Source: Spirochaetia bacterium (GTDB taxonomy: Bacteria; Spirochaetota; Spirochaetia; DAHUYW01). From it: a DNA stretch of 64,000 bases. Positions 30,256 through 40,409 of the stretch are shown here, piece by piece. The translations under genes were made by a program, and so were the position numbers. Below the pieces are notes generated by a model, which saw nothing but the letters and a program-made list of their open reading frames with translations, had not been told where the DNA came from and made no database searches. Numbering within the stretch: the stretch's first letter is position 1; each line of letters starts with the position of its first letter. The stretch is taken from positions 5,724-69,723 of the forward strand of contig JASHNV010000110.1 in assembly GCA_030041455.1 (NCBI GenBank). Direction: 5' to 3'.

Positions 30256-31167
30256 GTGGACACTCTACGGGAATTGGTCAAAAAAATCAATATCGAGGGG
30301 AGCGTCCGATATCGCGAAAGTCTTGCCCTGCACACGACTTACCGCGTCGGGGGACCGGCCGACCTCTACGTCGAGCCGCGAAGCGCCGAGGAGGCCCGCT
30401 CGCTCTCACTCGCCGCGCGCTCGCTCGAGCTGCCCCGCTTCGTGCTCGGCGGCGGGGCGAACATCCTCGTCTCCGACCGGGGAATCCGCGGCCTCGTCCT
30501 CGCGACCGGCGGCTTGAGCGACGTCGTCGTGGAGGGCGACCGCGTGACCGCCGGCGCGGGCGCCGGGATGAGCGCGGTGTCCGAGCGCGCGGCGCAGGCA
30601 GGCCTCGCCGGTCTCGATTTCATCTACTCGATGCCCGGGAGCGTGGGCGGCGCGCTCTGGATGAACGCGCGCTGCTACGGCTCGTCGATCTCGGAGGTGC
30701 TCGAATGGGCCGATATCCTCGACGAAAACGACCAGGTCGCGCGGATCCCCGCGCGAGCCGAGGACTTCGCCTACAAGGTCTCGCCGTTCCAGCGGAGGAA
30801 CGTGGTGATCCTTCGCGCCGGCTTCCGCCTGAGGCGCGACGACCCCGCGAGGATCCGCGCGCGCATGGAGGAGCATCGCGCCGATCGCGAGCGAAAGGGG
30901 CATTTCTGCGGGCCTTCGGCCGGCTCGGTCTTCAAGAACAACCCGGCCTTCGGGAGCCCCTCGGGGAAGATCATCGACTCGCTCGGCCTGCGCGGAGAGC
31001 GGATCGGCGGCGCGAAGGTGAGCGACCTCCACGCGAACATCATCGTGAACGCCGGAGGCGCGACCGCCGAGGACATCGACCGTCTCACGCGCCACATCGC
31101 GCGACGGGTCAAAGCCGAGCTCGGATTCGAGCTCGAGCGGGAGGTGATCCCGGTCGGCGAGTGGTAG
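30256..31167 (+). CDS. murB: UDP-N-acetylenolpyruvoylglucosamine reductase
   Basis: FAD-binding N-terminal domain (RVGGPADLYVEP, GGGANILVSD) plus the MurB C-terminal domain. GTG start at 30256. Confidence 0.85.
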   Translation: MDTLRELVKKINIEGSVRYRESLALHTTYRVGGPADLYVEPRSAEEARSLSLAARSLELPRFVLGGGANILVSDRGIRGLVLATGGLSDVVVEGDRVTAGAGAGMSAVSERAAQAGLAGLDFIYSMPGSVGGALWMNARCYGSSISEVLEWADILDENDQVARIPARAEDFAYKVSPFQRRNVVILRAGFRLRRDDPARIRARMEEHRADRERKGHFCGPSAGSVFKNNPAFGSPSGKIIDSLGLRGERIGGAKVSDLHANIIVNAGGATAEDIDRLTRHIARRVKAELGFELEREVIPVGEW

Positions 31168-31169
31168 GG

Positions 31170-31715
31170 CTACCGCTGGAGCACCGACGAGCGGACCTTG
31201 TCCGCCTCCGCGCTTCCCGAGAGGTAGCGCACGAGCTCGATCGCGAACTCGCCCGCGGTTCCCGCGCTTCGGCTCGTGACGATGTTCCGGTCGCGGACCA
31301 CCCGCTCGGTCGTGAATACGGCGCCTGAAAGCTCGCCCTCGAGCCCCGGGAAGCAGGTCGCCCGCCGCCCGGAGAGGATGCCTGCGGGCGCGAGGACCTT
31401 GGCGGGCGCGGCGCAGATCGCGGCGACGAGCTTCGATCGCGCGTTCAGTCGCTTCACGAGCGCCGCGACCTCCGCCGACCTCCCGAGGTTTTCCGCGCCG
31501 ATCGTGCCCCCCGGCAGGACGACGCCGTCGAGCTCCTCGGGAAGCGCCTCGATCGTCGTATCGGCGGCAATCGCGATGCCGTGCGAGCCCCTCACCGGTT
31601 GGGCGCCGAGCGTCGCCACGATGACCTCGACGCCGGCGCGCCTGAGAAAGTCGATCGGCGTGACCGCTTCGACCTCCTCGAATCCCTCGGCAAGCACGAG
31701 CGCCACCCGTTTCAA
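31170..31715 (-). CDS. DJ-1/PfpI-family protein
   Basis: Nucleophile-elbow Cys in VAAICAAP plus the VLPGG motif. TTG start with GGAGG 7 nt upstream. Start overlaps the aroG stop by 2 nt. Confidence 0.7.
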   Translation of the reverse strand: MKRVALVLAEGFEEVEAVTPIDFLRRAGVEVIVATLGAQPVRGSHGIAIAADTTIEALPEELDGVVLPGGTIGAENLGRSAEVAALVKRLNARSKLVAAICAAPAKVLAPAGILSGRRATCFPGLEGELSGAVFTTERVVRDRNIVTSRSAGTAGEFAIELVRYLSGSAEADKVRSSVLQR

Positions 31716-32797
31716 CGCTTCGCCTCCGCGCCGAGGAGCTCCTCCATGCGCTCGTGGGCGCGCGTGAGCATCCCCTCGGTCGTCTCCCACCCGACGCACT
31801 CGTCGGTGATCGAGACCCCGTAGCGGAGGAGCGAGAGATCCCGCGGGATCTTCTGATTGCCCTCGAACAGATTGCTTTCCACCATGAAGCCGATGATCGA
31901 TCCGCGCCCCCGCGCGCGCTGCTCCCGGATCGAGGCGAGCACCGAGTCGAGAACGCCCGCCTGCCGGGCCTGGTTCTTCCCGGAGTTGTCGTGGCTGCAG
32001 TCGACCACGATCGCCCCGCTCGCGCCCGCCTTCGCGAGGAGCGCCTCCGCCTCGGCGACGCTTCGCTCGTCGTAGTTGGGCCCCTGCCTGCCGCCGCGGA
32101 AGACGATGTGGCCGTCCGGATTGCCCGCGGTGTTCAGGACGCAGGTCCGGCCGGACTGATCGATGCCGATGAAGCTGTGGGGGTTGCGGGTGGACTCGAT
32201 CGCGTTCACGGCGATCTGGAAGCTCCCGTCGGTGCCGTTCTTGAAGCCGACCGGCATGGACAGGCCGCTCGCGAGCTCGCGGTGGATCTGGCTCTCGGCG
32301 GTGCGCGCTCCGATGGTCGCCCACGAGATGAGATCCGCGATGTACTGCGGAACGATCGGGTCGAGCATCTCGGAGCCGACGGGCAGGCCCATCCCGGTGA
32401 TGTCGAGGAGAAGCCTCCGCGCGATGCGCAGGCCGCTTGCGATGTCGTAGGAGCCGTCGAGGTGCGGATCGGTGATGAGCCCCCGCCAGCCGACCGTCGT
32501 GCGCGGCTTCTCGAAGTACACCCGCATGATCACGTAGATGCGGTCCTCGATGCGGCGGCGGAGCTCCGCGAGCCTTCCGGCGTACTCCGCCGCGGCGCGC
32601 ACGTCGTGGATCGAGCAGGGCCCCACGACGGCGAGGAGCCGACGGTCGCGGCCGCGGATGATGGAGGAGATCGCCTCGCGGCTTTCGAGCACGGTGCGGT
32701 TGCTCGCCTCGGTCATCGGGAACTCCTCCTTGAGCGAGGAGGGGGCGACGAGCGGCTTTATGCCGAGAATGCGGAGATCGTTGGTCGGCTTCAGCAT
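31712..32797 (-). CDS. aroG: 3-deoxy-7-phosphoheptulonate (DAHP) synthase, class I (AroG-type)
   Basis: N-terminal NDLRILGIKPLVAP…RLLAVVGPCSIHD aligns to E. coli AroG. KPRT motif and a C-terminal catalytic domain are present. TATAAT lies 10 nt before the ATG, making a likely leaderless mRNA. Confidence 0.85.
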   Translation of the reverse strand: MLKPTNDLRILGIKPLVAPSSLKEEFPMTEASNRTVLESREAISSIIRGRDRRLLAVVGPCSIHDVRAAAEYAGRLAELRRRIEDRIYVIMRVYFEKPRTTVGWRGLITDPHLDGSYDIASGLRIARRLLLDITGMGLPVGSEMLDPIVPQYIADLISWATIGARTAESQIHRELASGLSMPVGFKNGTDGSFQIAVNAIESTRNPHSFIGIDQSGRTCVLNTAGNPDGHIVFRGGRQGPNYDERSVAEAEALLAKAGASGAIVVDCSHDNSGKNQARQAGVLDSVLASIREQRARGRGSIIGFMVESNLFEGNQKIPRDLSLLRYGVSITDECVGWETTEGMLTRAHERMEELLGAEAKR

Positions 32798-32868
32798 GTC
32801 GGAAGCGATTATATAGAACCGCGGGGCTTCGGGTAAAGGTGGGATGAGCGCCGCCCCCAGGCGCGCCG

Positions 32869-34128
32869 CTACGCCCTCGGATCGAAGGGCTTTCGCCTGA
32901 CCGGCATGGTCATGCAGCGCACGCCGCCGCCGCCGCGCGCGAGCTCGACCCCCTCGATGCCGATCGCGAGCTTCCGGTGGTCGCCGACCGACTCCGCTCC
33001 GGAGAGGAAGACCTCCGCGTCGCGAACGGTGAAGCCCGCCCGATCGAGCTCCTCGAACGTCGCCTCGTTGCACGCGTAGCCGATCACCTTGCCGGGCGCC
33101 ACGGCGAGGAGGTTCGCCCCCGACATCCACTGCTCCCGCTGCTGCGTGAGGGGGTCTCGGCCCCCGCAGAGGATCGGCGAGAGGGGAATCCCGACCTCCG
33201 CGAGGCCCTCGAGGAGCCCGTCGCAGCGTCCGATCCGCCTCCCGCCGCCCGGCTCGACGTCGATCCGCACGACCGCCCGCCGGTCCCCGCCGAGGATGTG
33301 CGGAGCGTAGACGACGGCCGCGCCGACGTCGACGGTCGTGAAGATCATGTCGAGGTGGATCGTCGCCCGCTCCCGGGGAAGGAGGACGGCGAAGATGTGG
33401 AGCGGCTCGGCGATGTCCCGCCCGATCCGCTCGGCGAGCTCGTCGACCGCGCCGCTCGTCGTGCGCTCCGACACGCCGACCACGATCACGTCGTTCGCGA
33501 GCACCTGGAAATCTCCCCCCTCGAGGGTGAGCGCCGGGTCTGGCTCGCGCGAGCGGTCGAGGAGGATCCCTTCAGGCTTCAGCGCGGGATGGGTGCGAAA
33601 GATAAAGCCCGCAAGCACCGCCTCGAGCCAGCGGACGCGGTGCGCCATCGCCCCGACCAACACCCGCCGTCCGAAGACCATGGCGCTGTCGCGGGTGAAG
33701 TAGAGGTTCGGCAGGGGGTGGAGGTCGAACTCCTGGCGGGAGAGGAAGCTCGAGAGGGTGTCCTTGCGCTGCTTCAGGCCTCCGACGAGATCCCGGATGA
33801 GCGCGTCGGCGGAGCGCGCGAGGAGCTCCTCCCTGCGGCCGGGAAGCCCGTAGAGGCGCACGATGTCCTCGACGAGCTCCTCGAGCGCGCCGGGCACGAG
33901 GAGGCTCTCCTTCAGGAGCGTCGCGAGCTCGCGCACGGTCGCGAAGCGCTCGAGGAGGCTCTTCAGCTTCCGGTGCTCGTCGGCGACGATGCCGAGGGGC
34001 ACGATGTCGTTGTAGAGGACCTCCTCGAGGGTGCTCGGGGTCATCGCCTCGATCTCGCTTCCCGGCGAGTGGACCACCACCTCCTCGAGCTCGCCGATCT
34101 CCGAGTCGACGCGCACGCGCTCAGCCAC
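32869..34128 (-). CDS. arcA: Arginine deiminase
   Basis: Amidinotransferase fold with FTRDSAMV, LEGGDFQV, and the C-terminal catalytic Cys in GGGGVRCMTMPV. Confidence 0.75.
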   Translation of the reverse strand: MAERVRVDSEIGELEEVVVHSPGSEIEAMTPSTLEEVLYNDIVPLGIVADEHRKLKSLLERFATVRELATLLKESLLVPGALEELVEDIVRLYGLPGRREELLARSADALIRDLVGGLKQRKDTLSSFLSRQEFDLHPLPNLYFTRDSAMVFGRRVLVGAMAHRVRWLEAVLAGFIFRTHPALKPEGILLDRSREPDPALTLEGGDFQVLANDVIVVGVSERTTSGAVDELAERIGRDIAEPLHIFAVLLPRERATIHLDMIFTTVDVGAAVVYAPHILGGDRRAVVRIDVEPGGGRRIGRCDGLLEGLAEVGIPLSPILCGGRDPLTQQREQWMSGANLLAVAPGKVIGYACNEATFEELDRAGFTVRDAEVFLSGAESVGDHRKLAIGIEGVELARGGGGVRCMTMPVRRKPFDPRA

Positions 34129-34472
34129 CGCGCGCCTCCCGGATCCAGCGCGCCCACGTCGCGCTCGCCTCGCCGACGGTCGCCTTCGCGCCGTTTCGGA
34201 CGATCGGGGTGCGGAGCAGGAGAGGATCCGCGGCGAGCTCCTCCGCGGGGTCGAACTCCATGTGAGCGAGCGAGCGCCGCTTGAACCGCGCGCCGTCGCG
34301 GTCGACGAGCTCCTCGGGCGCGACCGCGCGGGCGATGTGCTCGATCTCGCCGCGGCTGAGCGGCCGCTCCGTGAGGTCGACGAAGTGGAAGGGAACGGTA
34401 CGCTCTTTGAAAAAGCGCTCGGCCTTCCGGGTCTCCGGGTCGCTCCTCGTGCCGATGATCTGAATATTCACG
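34121..34472 (-). CDS. ArsC/Spx/YffB-fold (thioredoxin-like) protein lacking the canonical Cys
   Basis: IQIIGTRSDPETRKAERFFKERTVPFHFVDL aligns to YffB/ArsC (IYGIKNCDTMKKAR…) with a Ser at the Cys position. GTG start at 34472; an alternative ATG lies at 34540. The 3' end overlaps the arcA start by 8 nt. Confidence 0.45.
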
Positions 34473-34592
34473 GTGCGCCGCCGAGGCGAGCGTAGCGCCC
34501 CGGGGCGTCGGACCGCAAGAGGTCGAGCGGCGCTTTTCACGACACGGACAGTCTAGTAAGGTAGGTCGATTCCAGGGACAAGGAGGCGGCTC

Positions 34593-35264
34593 ATGACGAA
34601 GCGAGAATGGCCCGAGCGAGACCCCGAAGGGCGAGCGGTGCGCTTCACGCACCACGGCGCGCTCCCCCACCCGAGCGGGCACCGGCCGGTGCTCGCGGGG
34701 GTCGCGGTCAGGCTCGATCCGATGCGTCCCGAGCACCTCGATGCGCTCTGCGAGATCGGGCTCGATTCCGACCTCACGAGTCTCTTCCCCCATCCGGTGA
34801 CCTCGGCGGAGGGGATGGCGAGCTTCGTCGCCGAGGCGCTCGCGGGCCGCGAGGCGGGGACGGCGATCCCGTTCGTGACCGTCTCCCTGAAGGAGCCCGG
34901 CGGCGAGCGAATCGTCGGCACCACGCGCTTCCTCAACATCGACCGCGCGCACCGCCGCATGGAGATAGGCGCGACGTGGCTGGGCCGCCCCTGGCAGCGC
35001 ACGCGGGTGAACACCGAGTCGAAGTACCTCCTCCTCGCGCACGCCTTCGAGGAGCTCGACTGCGTGCGCATCGAGCTGAAGACCGACTCGCTGAACGAGC
35101 GCTCGCGGAGGGCGATCGAGCGGATCGGCGCGTCGCTCGACGGCTTCTTCCCGAGCCACATGATCACCGCAAGCGGGAGGATCCGCCACACGGTCTACTA
35201 CAGCATCGTGCGGGACGACTGGCCGCGGGTGAAGGAGCGCCTGGAGGTCCTGCTCGCGAGGTAA
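34593..35264 (+). CDS. GNAT-family N-acetyltransferase (RimJ/RimL-like)
   Basis: Acetyl-CoA binding core (RIELKTDSLNERSRRAIERIGA) within a 223-aa protein. Confidence 0.65.
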   Translation: MTKREWPERDPEGRAVRFTHHGALPHPSGHRPVLAGVAVRLDPMRPEHLDALCEIGLDSDLTSLFPHPVTSAEGMASFVAEALAGREAGTAIPFVTVSLKEPGGERIVGTTRFLNIDRAHRRMEIGATWLGRPWQRTRVNTESKYLLLAHAFEELDCVRIELKTDSLNERSRRAIERIGASLDGFFPSHMITASGRIRHTVYYSIVRDDWPRVKERLEVLLAR

Positions 35265-35291
35265 GCAGCGCTTTACCAAGGCGCGGACGAA

Positions 35292-36698
35292 ATGGTATCA
35301 CTATCGGCCATGAACAGCCCGCGGCTGAAGACCGTCCTCTCGATGCAGCCTTCCCCCGAGCCCGTCACGGTCTGCGGCTGGGTGCGCACGAGGCGCGAGT
35401 CGAAAGGCCTGTGCTTCCTCGAGATCAACGACGGCTCGGCGGTCGAGAGCCTCCAGGTCGTGATCGACCTCAGGGCGGACGGCCTCGCGGAGGAGACCCC
35501 GCGCGCCGGCACCGGCGCGAGCGTCGAGGTCCGGGGCACGCTTGCAGCCTCGCCGGGCACGGGCCAGGCGGTCGAGCTGCAGGCGCTCTCGCTTCGGGTC
35601 ATCGGCGAGGCGCCCCCGGAGAGCTACCCCCTCCAGAAGAAGCGCCACTCCTTCGAGTTCCTGCGCGGCATCGCGCACCTCCGGCCGCGCACCAACACCT
35701 TCGGCGCGCTCATGCGCGTGCGGAACGGTCTCGCGGCCGGGATCCACGCCTTCTTCCAGGAGCGCGGCTTCGTGTGGGTCCACACGCCGATCATCACGAC
35801 GAGCGACGCCGAGGGAGCAGGCGAGCTCTTCCAGGTGACGACCCTCCCCCTCGAGCGGCTCCCGCTCGCCGACGGGAGGATCGACTACGCGAGGGACTTC
35901 TTCGGAAAGAGGGCGGGCCTCACCGTGAGCGGGCAGCTTGAGGCGGAGGCGCTCGCCCTCGCGCTCCGCGACGTCTACACCTTCGGCCCGGCCTTCCGCG
36001 CCGAGAACTCCAACACGAGCCGCCACCTCGCCGAGTTCTGGATGGTGGAGCCGGAGATGGCCTTCTGCGATCTCGCCGGGGACATGGACGTCGCCGAGGC
36101 GTTCATCAAGTTCATCCTCCGATGGGTCCTCGACCGCTGTCCGCTCGACATGGAGCTCTTCGACCGCTGGATCGAGCCCGGCATTCTCGCGACGCTCCGC
36201 AAGGTGGTGGAAACGCCCTTCGTGCGGATCACCTACGCCGAGGCGATCGACGCGCTCGGCAAGGCGCAGGCGTCCTTCGAGTATCCCGCCTCCTGGGGCG
36301 CGGATCTCCAGTCGGAGCACGAGAAGCACCTCACCGAGAAGGTCTTCCAGGGACCCGTGATCGTCACCGACTATCCGAAGGCGATCAAGGCGTTCTACAT
36401 GAAGCTCAACGACGACGGGAAGACCGTCCGCGGGATGGACGTCCTTGTCCCGAGGCTCGGCGAGATCATCGGCGGAAGCGAGCGCGAGGCGGACGCCGAG
36501 AAGCTCAGGGCGCGGATCCGGGAGGCGGGGCTCGACGAGCGGGACTACTCCTGGTACCTCGACCTGCGCAGGTACGGCTCGGCGCCCCACGCGGGCTTCG
36601 GGCTCGGCTTCGAGCGCCTCGTCCAGTACGTCACCGGAATGGCCAACATTCGCGACGTGATCCCCTTCCCGCGCGCCGTAGGATCGGCCGAGTTCTAG
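35292..36698 (+). CDS. asnS: Asparaginyl-tRNA synthetase
   Basis: Class IIb aaRS with an OB-fold N-terminus, [21 protein letters not shown] (motif 2) and [15 protein letters not shown] (motif 3). Confidence 0.9.
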   Translation: MVSLSAMNSPRLKTVLSMQPSPEPVTVCGWVRTRRESKGLCFLEINDGSAVESLQVVIDLRADGLAEETPRAGTGASVEVRGTLAASPGTGQAVELQALSLRVIGEAPPESYPLQKKRHSFEFLRGIAHLRPRTNTFGALMRVRNGLAAGIHAFFQERGFVWVHTPIITTSDAEGAGELFQVTTLPLERLPLADGRIDYARDFFGKRAGLTVSGQLEAEALALALRDVYTFGPAFRAENSNTSRHLAEFWMVEPEMAFCDLAGDMDVAEAFIKFILRWVLDRCPLDMELFDRWIEPGILATLRKVVETPFVRITYAEAIDALGKAQASFEYPASWGADLQSEHEKHLTEKVFQGPVIVTDYPKAIKAFYMKLNDDGKTVRGMDVLVPRLGEIIGGSEREADAEKLRARIREAGLDERDYSWYLDLRRYGSAPHAGFGLGFERLVQYVTGMANIRDVIPFPRAVGSAEF

Positions 36699-36945
36699 CC
36701 GTCCCCGAGGCCGGGAGCCTCCTCGACCGCTCAGGAAGGAAGGGTCGCTCTCCTGCCGCCCGCTTTCCCAGGCGAGTCCCCTCGCCGCGCGACCCAGGTC
36801 ATCGCGCGGCGGGTCTTCTCGAACGCCGCGCCCCCGGGACGAAACGCCCCGTCGCGCCCGGCAGGCGGCCTGAGCGCGCGCGCCTTGGTCGGGCTCTCCA
36901 TGGCGGGGACTCCCGCCTCCGCGCGAACCAGGGGCCCGGGACGCT

Positions 36946-37449
36946 TCATGGCTCGACGGTTTCTCTCCGGGAAAGCTCGTCGCGAAGCTTCTCGAGCAGC
37001 CGCAAGAGCTCTCTTCGTTCCGTCGCGGTGAACACGTCGAGCGTGTCCTCGACATGGTCCCGATATCGCTTCGCGGCGGTCTCGAATATTTTCTTGCCGT
37101 CGGGCGTCAGTTGAACGGCTATCTTTCTCCGGTCGCCCCGATCCACGGCGCGTTCGACGAGTCCCTTCTTTTCCATGCGGTCGATGAGGCTCGTGACGTT
37201 CGCCGCGGTGGTCAGCAGCTCCCGGCTCAACCGATTCATTTGCATGGGGCCCCCATTGAGCAGGATGCGGAGAACCGCCGACTGTTGCAGCGTTAGGTTC
37301 TCCCGCAGCGTCTCCTTGATCATCATTCTCGTGACGAGCCGCTGAATGTCCGATATTGCGTAGACGAGGTCCTGAAGCCGCTCGCTCGAATCCGAGGCGC
37401 GCGGCGTCCCGTTCAGCGCGGCTTTCCGTTGTGTGCGTTCGCTGCTCAT
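36946..37449 (-). CDS. MarR-family transcriptional regulator
   Basis: Winged-HTH LTLQQSAVLRILLNGGPMQMNRLSRELLTTAANVTSLIDRMEKKGLVER…DRR is typical of MarR. Confidence 0.75.
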   Translation of the reverse strand: MSSERTQRKAALNGTPRASDSSERLQDLVYAISDIQRLVTRMMIKETLRENLTLQQSAVLRILLNGGPMQMNRLSRELLTTAANVTSLIDRMEKKGLVERAVDRGDRRKIAVQLTPDGKKIFETAAKRYRDHVEDTLDVFTATERRELLRLLEKLRDELSRRETVEP

Positions 37450-37644
37450 GCTGTTTCTTCTCCCTCCAAGAAGCCTGCCCGTGCGCTCGAAACGGCGCGC
37501 TTCCCGACCGATCCCCCTGTGGCGGCCTCCACGACGAGGCAGGTCGTCCTCGCGACCGCGATTCGGTCGGGGAAGGCGCGCCCCGCGTGCGGAATCCCTG
37601 GGCCTTCCCCGGGATCCGACGACGCGAGGCGACGTCGGCCGTGA

Positions 37645-38736
37645 CTATTCGACATGCCCGAAGTACATGAGCTCCCAGATGCCGGGGTCGCTCACCTGCT
37701 CGACGAGCGCATCGCCTGCGTAGCGCTCGACCGAGACCTGACCCCTGAACCGGAGGTAGGCGCCGTCGACCCGCAGGAGACGCGCGAGGAGACGTTGAAG
37801 ACCCCGTACCATGTCGGCGAACCGGAAGTCAAGGATGGTCTCGCTCCGCCGGTAGATCACCCGGTAGCGCTCGCCAGCCTCCCCTTGATAGTCGTAGATC
37901 ACCCGATTCGCGACGGGCTTCTTGCTCTTTTCGTCGGTAAATCCTTCTTCTAGGATCAGCCGTACCTTCGCGGCGTCGTCCGCCACGACCTTGCCGTCCT
38001 TCGCGAGCATGAAGACCGGGAGCTCCGTGCCGCCGTAGGCCTTCTCGGCGTAGATGTAGCTGCTCACGATCGAATAGGGGCCCACGTGAGCTCGCCCCCA
38101 ATACCAGTGGTTGATGAGCTTCGACATCGCGATGTCTCCCCAGTTGTGGTCATGGTAGCCCGTTCCCGTAAGCGTCCGTGCCGGAGAGCCCTTCTCGGCG
38201 ATCGTAACGGTCACCTTCCCCTGGGGTACCGACGGCAGCCAGCCGAAGACGTGCTCGTCGTGCTCGCCGAAATAGGTGCGCCCCGCCCCATGCCGCCAGG
38301 CGGACACGTCGCCGACGAGCTCGACGTCGATCGCGAGATCCTCGTCGACGACATGGATGCGGTAGGCATGCAGATCGCCGCGGAAGGAGCAGCTCTTGAT
38401 GCGAACGTCGCACCCCTCCCTGCTTGCGCTGAACTCGCCGGGCTTCGCGTGGATCATGCGATTGACCGCCGGCCGACCGGGCGTGTTGAGATCCACGATG
38501 ACCATCGGCGCAAGCGCCGCCGTCGGACGGAACACCCACGTGGTGCAGAACGTGATGACGAGGGACGAGCCGTCGTCGAGATGCGTGTCGAAATACCACC
38601 ACTCGTAGGAATAGGAACCGCCCGAGGTCCTCATGCCGTCCTCCCACGGCTCGATGCGTCCTCGCTTGACGCCGAGCCGCTCGTAATCCTCGTCGCGGTC
38701 GGCGAGGCGCGCGCCGTTTTTTTCGCTCATGTTCAT
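37645..38736 (-). CDS. CrtC/AttH-like (carotenoid 1,2-hydratase / lipocalin-like) family protein
   Basis: The YSYEWWYFDTHL motif resembles the EWWY signature I associate with the CrtC/AttH family. The later GYHDHNWG motif also fits. The family call is from memory and is low-confidence. Confidence 0.45.
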   Translation of the reverse strand: MNMSEKNGARLADRDEDYERLGVKRGRIEPWEDGMRTSGGSYSYEWWYFDTHLDDGSSLVITFCTTWVFRPTAALAPMVIVDLNTPGRPAVNRMIHAKPGEFSASREGCDVRIKSCSFRGDLHAYRIHVVDEDLAIDVELVGDVSAWRHGAGRTYFGEHDEHVFGWLPSVPQGKVTVTIAEKGSPARTLTGTGYHDHNWGDIAMSKLINHWYWGRAHVGPYSIVSSYIYAEKAYGGTELPVFMLAKDGKVVADDAAKVRLILEEGFTDEKSKKPVANRVIYDYQGEAGERYRVIYRRSETILDFRFADMVRGLQRLLARLLRVDGAYLRFRGQVSVERYAGDALVEQVSDPGIWELMYFGHVE

Positions 38737-38746
38737 TCTCCTTGCG

Positions 38747-40267
38747 TTACTTCGAAGTGCGCCAGATCGGAGCGCTCGCTCCCATCGGGGTAAGAATGGG
38801 ATCGTCCCAGCCGGCGGGCGTGACCGAGTAGGTCACCGCCGGCGCGAGGCGGCGGAGCTCTCCGAGCGGAGTCTCGCGGACGATCACGTCGGGATCGAGA
38901 AGTCGCTGCTTGACGCCCTCCTGCAGCGCGCGGAGCTCCTCCGCCGTGGCGGGACCGAAATGGCGGAACGGATTCTCGGCGAACGCGCGCTCCTCCGGCG
39001 GAATCAATCCGAGGGACTGGTACCACATGGCGTTTCGGGCGAGGCTCACGGTGACGTGGTAGCTGCCGCCCTCCTTCGCGCGGCGGATCAAGGCGGCGGT
39101 CGCTCCCGCGGCGCCGAGATACCCCGTTACGTAGTCGTTGATCAGCCCGGTCGGCGGCATGGACGGCTTTCCGCCGATTCCCTCGAGGAGCGCGAGCCCG
39201 CTTGCGGCGGTTCCGAGCATGTCGAAGCCTCCGCGCTCCGCCCACGGACCTCCCCACCCGTAGCAGCGAACGCTCACCACGATGATCCCGGGCCGCTGCT
39301 CGGCGAGCTGCTCGGGCGCGAAGCCGAAGCGGGCGAGCTTCCGCCCTCGGAAGTTGTCGACGAAGACATCGGCCTGCTTCACGAGCTGCCGGCAGCGGGC
39401 GTTGGCCTCGGGGCGGTTCAGGTCGAGAAAGGTGGAGCGGAACCCGACGTTCGCGTCGTCGTAGACCCACGGATGCTCGAACTCGTCGTGACGGTTGAAC
39501 TGGAGGACGTCCGCCCCCTGCTCCGCGAGGGTGCGCCCGACGACCGGTCCCGCCACCGCGTGCGTGGCGGAGAGCACGCGGATTCCGCCGAGCGGGCGCG
39601 AGGCCGGGCCGAACGGCTCCGGCGCGCTCTCTCCGATCTTCCGCACCGCGATAACCGGCTCCTGCGCGAGGTACGTGCCCTGCGGATGGCTCGCCCACTC
39701 CTCCGCCGTCCGCGCCATGCACATCGTGTGCCCGGCCGCGTTGGCCGCCTCCTCGAGCTCTTCGGAGTTCCATTTGGCGATGGCGGCGGCGACGCTTCGG
39801 TGGTTCGCTCCGCAATTGAAGAAGTTCGTCCAGGCGAACTGCTGGGCGGGATAGACCGCCGAGGGATAGACCCACCGTCCGTCCTTCGTTTGAAAGGGGA
39901 AAACCGAGAAGGGATGTTCGTTGCCGATCGGGTTCGGGTAGGGCCAGCCGCCGATCGTGGGTCCGAACGTGAGCTCCGGGTTGATGCCGTGAGAGGCCTT
40001 TCGCAGGTCGATGAAGAGATCCTGGCCCTGCCCCGAGCGCATGCGCCAGATCGCGGCCGCGCCGACCGCGGCGGCCATCGCCGAGAGCGCGAAGGCGGAG
40101 CCGAGACGCACGGCGCTCGGAAAGATCGGATCGCGTCCCGCGAACGTGACGGTTCCGCCCGTGTCGGCGGGTTCGACTCCGGTCCCCGCGAGCAGTCGGG
40201 CGAGGTGATCCGGGAGTGCTTCGTCGAAAAGGGCCGGGTCCTGATTGTGACGGGTCTGGGGAGACAT
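38747..40267 (-). CDS. CoA-transferase family III (CaiB/BaiF) protein
   Basis: IRVLSATHAVAGPVVGRTLAEQGADVLQF is the hallmark family-III N-terminal motif. Start is chosen at MSPQTR; an in-frame ATG lies at 40297. A 10-nt gap separates it from the downstream CrtC-like gene. Confidence 0.75.
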   Translation of the reverse strand: MSPQTRHNQDPALFDEALPDHLARLLAGTGVEPADTGGTVTFAGRDPIFPSAVRLGSAFALSAMAAAVGAAAIWRMRSGQGQDLFIDLRKASHGINPELTFGPTIGGWPYPNPIGNEHPFSVFPFQTKDGRWVYPSAVYPAQQFAWTNFFNCGANHRSVAAAIAKWNSEELEEAANAAGHTMCMARTAEEWASHPQGTYLAQEPVIAVRKIGESAPEPFGPASRPLGGIRVLSATHAVAGPVVGRTLAEQGADVLQFNRHDEFEHPWVYDDANVGFRSTFLDLNRPEANARCRQLVKQADVFVDNFRGRKLARFGFAPEQLAEQRPGIIVVSVRCYGWGGPWAERGGFDMLGTAASGLALLEGIGGKPSMPPTGLINDYVTGYLGAAGATAALIRRAKEGGSYHVTVSLARNAMWYQSLGLIPPEERAFAENPFRHFGPATAEELRALQEGVKQRLLDPDVIVRETPLGELRRLAPAVTYSVTPAGWDDPILTPMGASAPIWRTSK

Positions 40268-40328
40268 CGCATGTACCTCCGTATGGAAAGATTCCAAGAG
40301 ATCCTTACGGCCTCTTAATTAACTACAT

Positions 40329-40409
40329 ATATAGTTTATATCATTAATCAAATTATGTCAAGCTATTTGATAGTAAATGTGATTAAATATTTTCCGGCCC
40401 GGGGGCCGC
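40329..40409. promoter_or_regulatory. AT-rich island (~20% GC) upstream of the CoA-transferase gene
   Basis: cttaattaactacatatatagtttatatcattaatcaaattatgtcaagctatttgatagtaaatgtgattaaatatttt. Contains the TTAATTAA palindrome and direct ATTAA/ATATA repeats, directly upstream (minus-strand sense) of the CaiB-like gene start. Confidence 0.3.

Noticed and set aside
36699-36945. 72-aa ORF (36731-36949, minus) in the asnS/marR convergent spacer
   Set aside because: Ala/Arg/Gly/Pro-rich with no start signals. Likely spurious in a GC-rich spacer.
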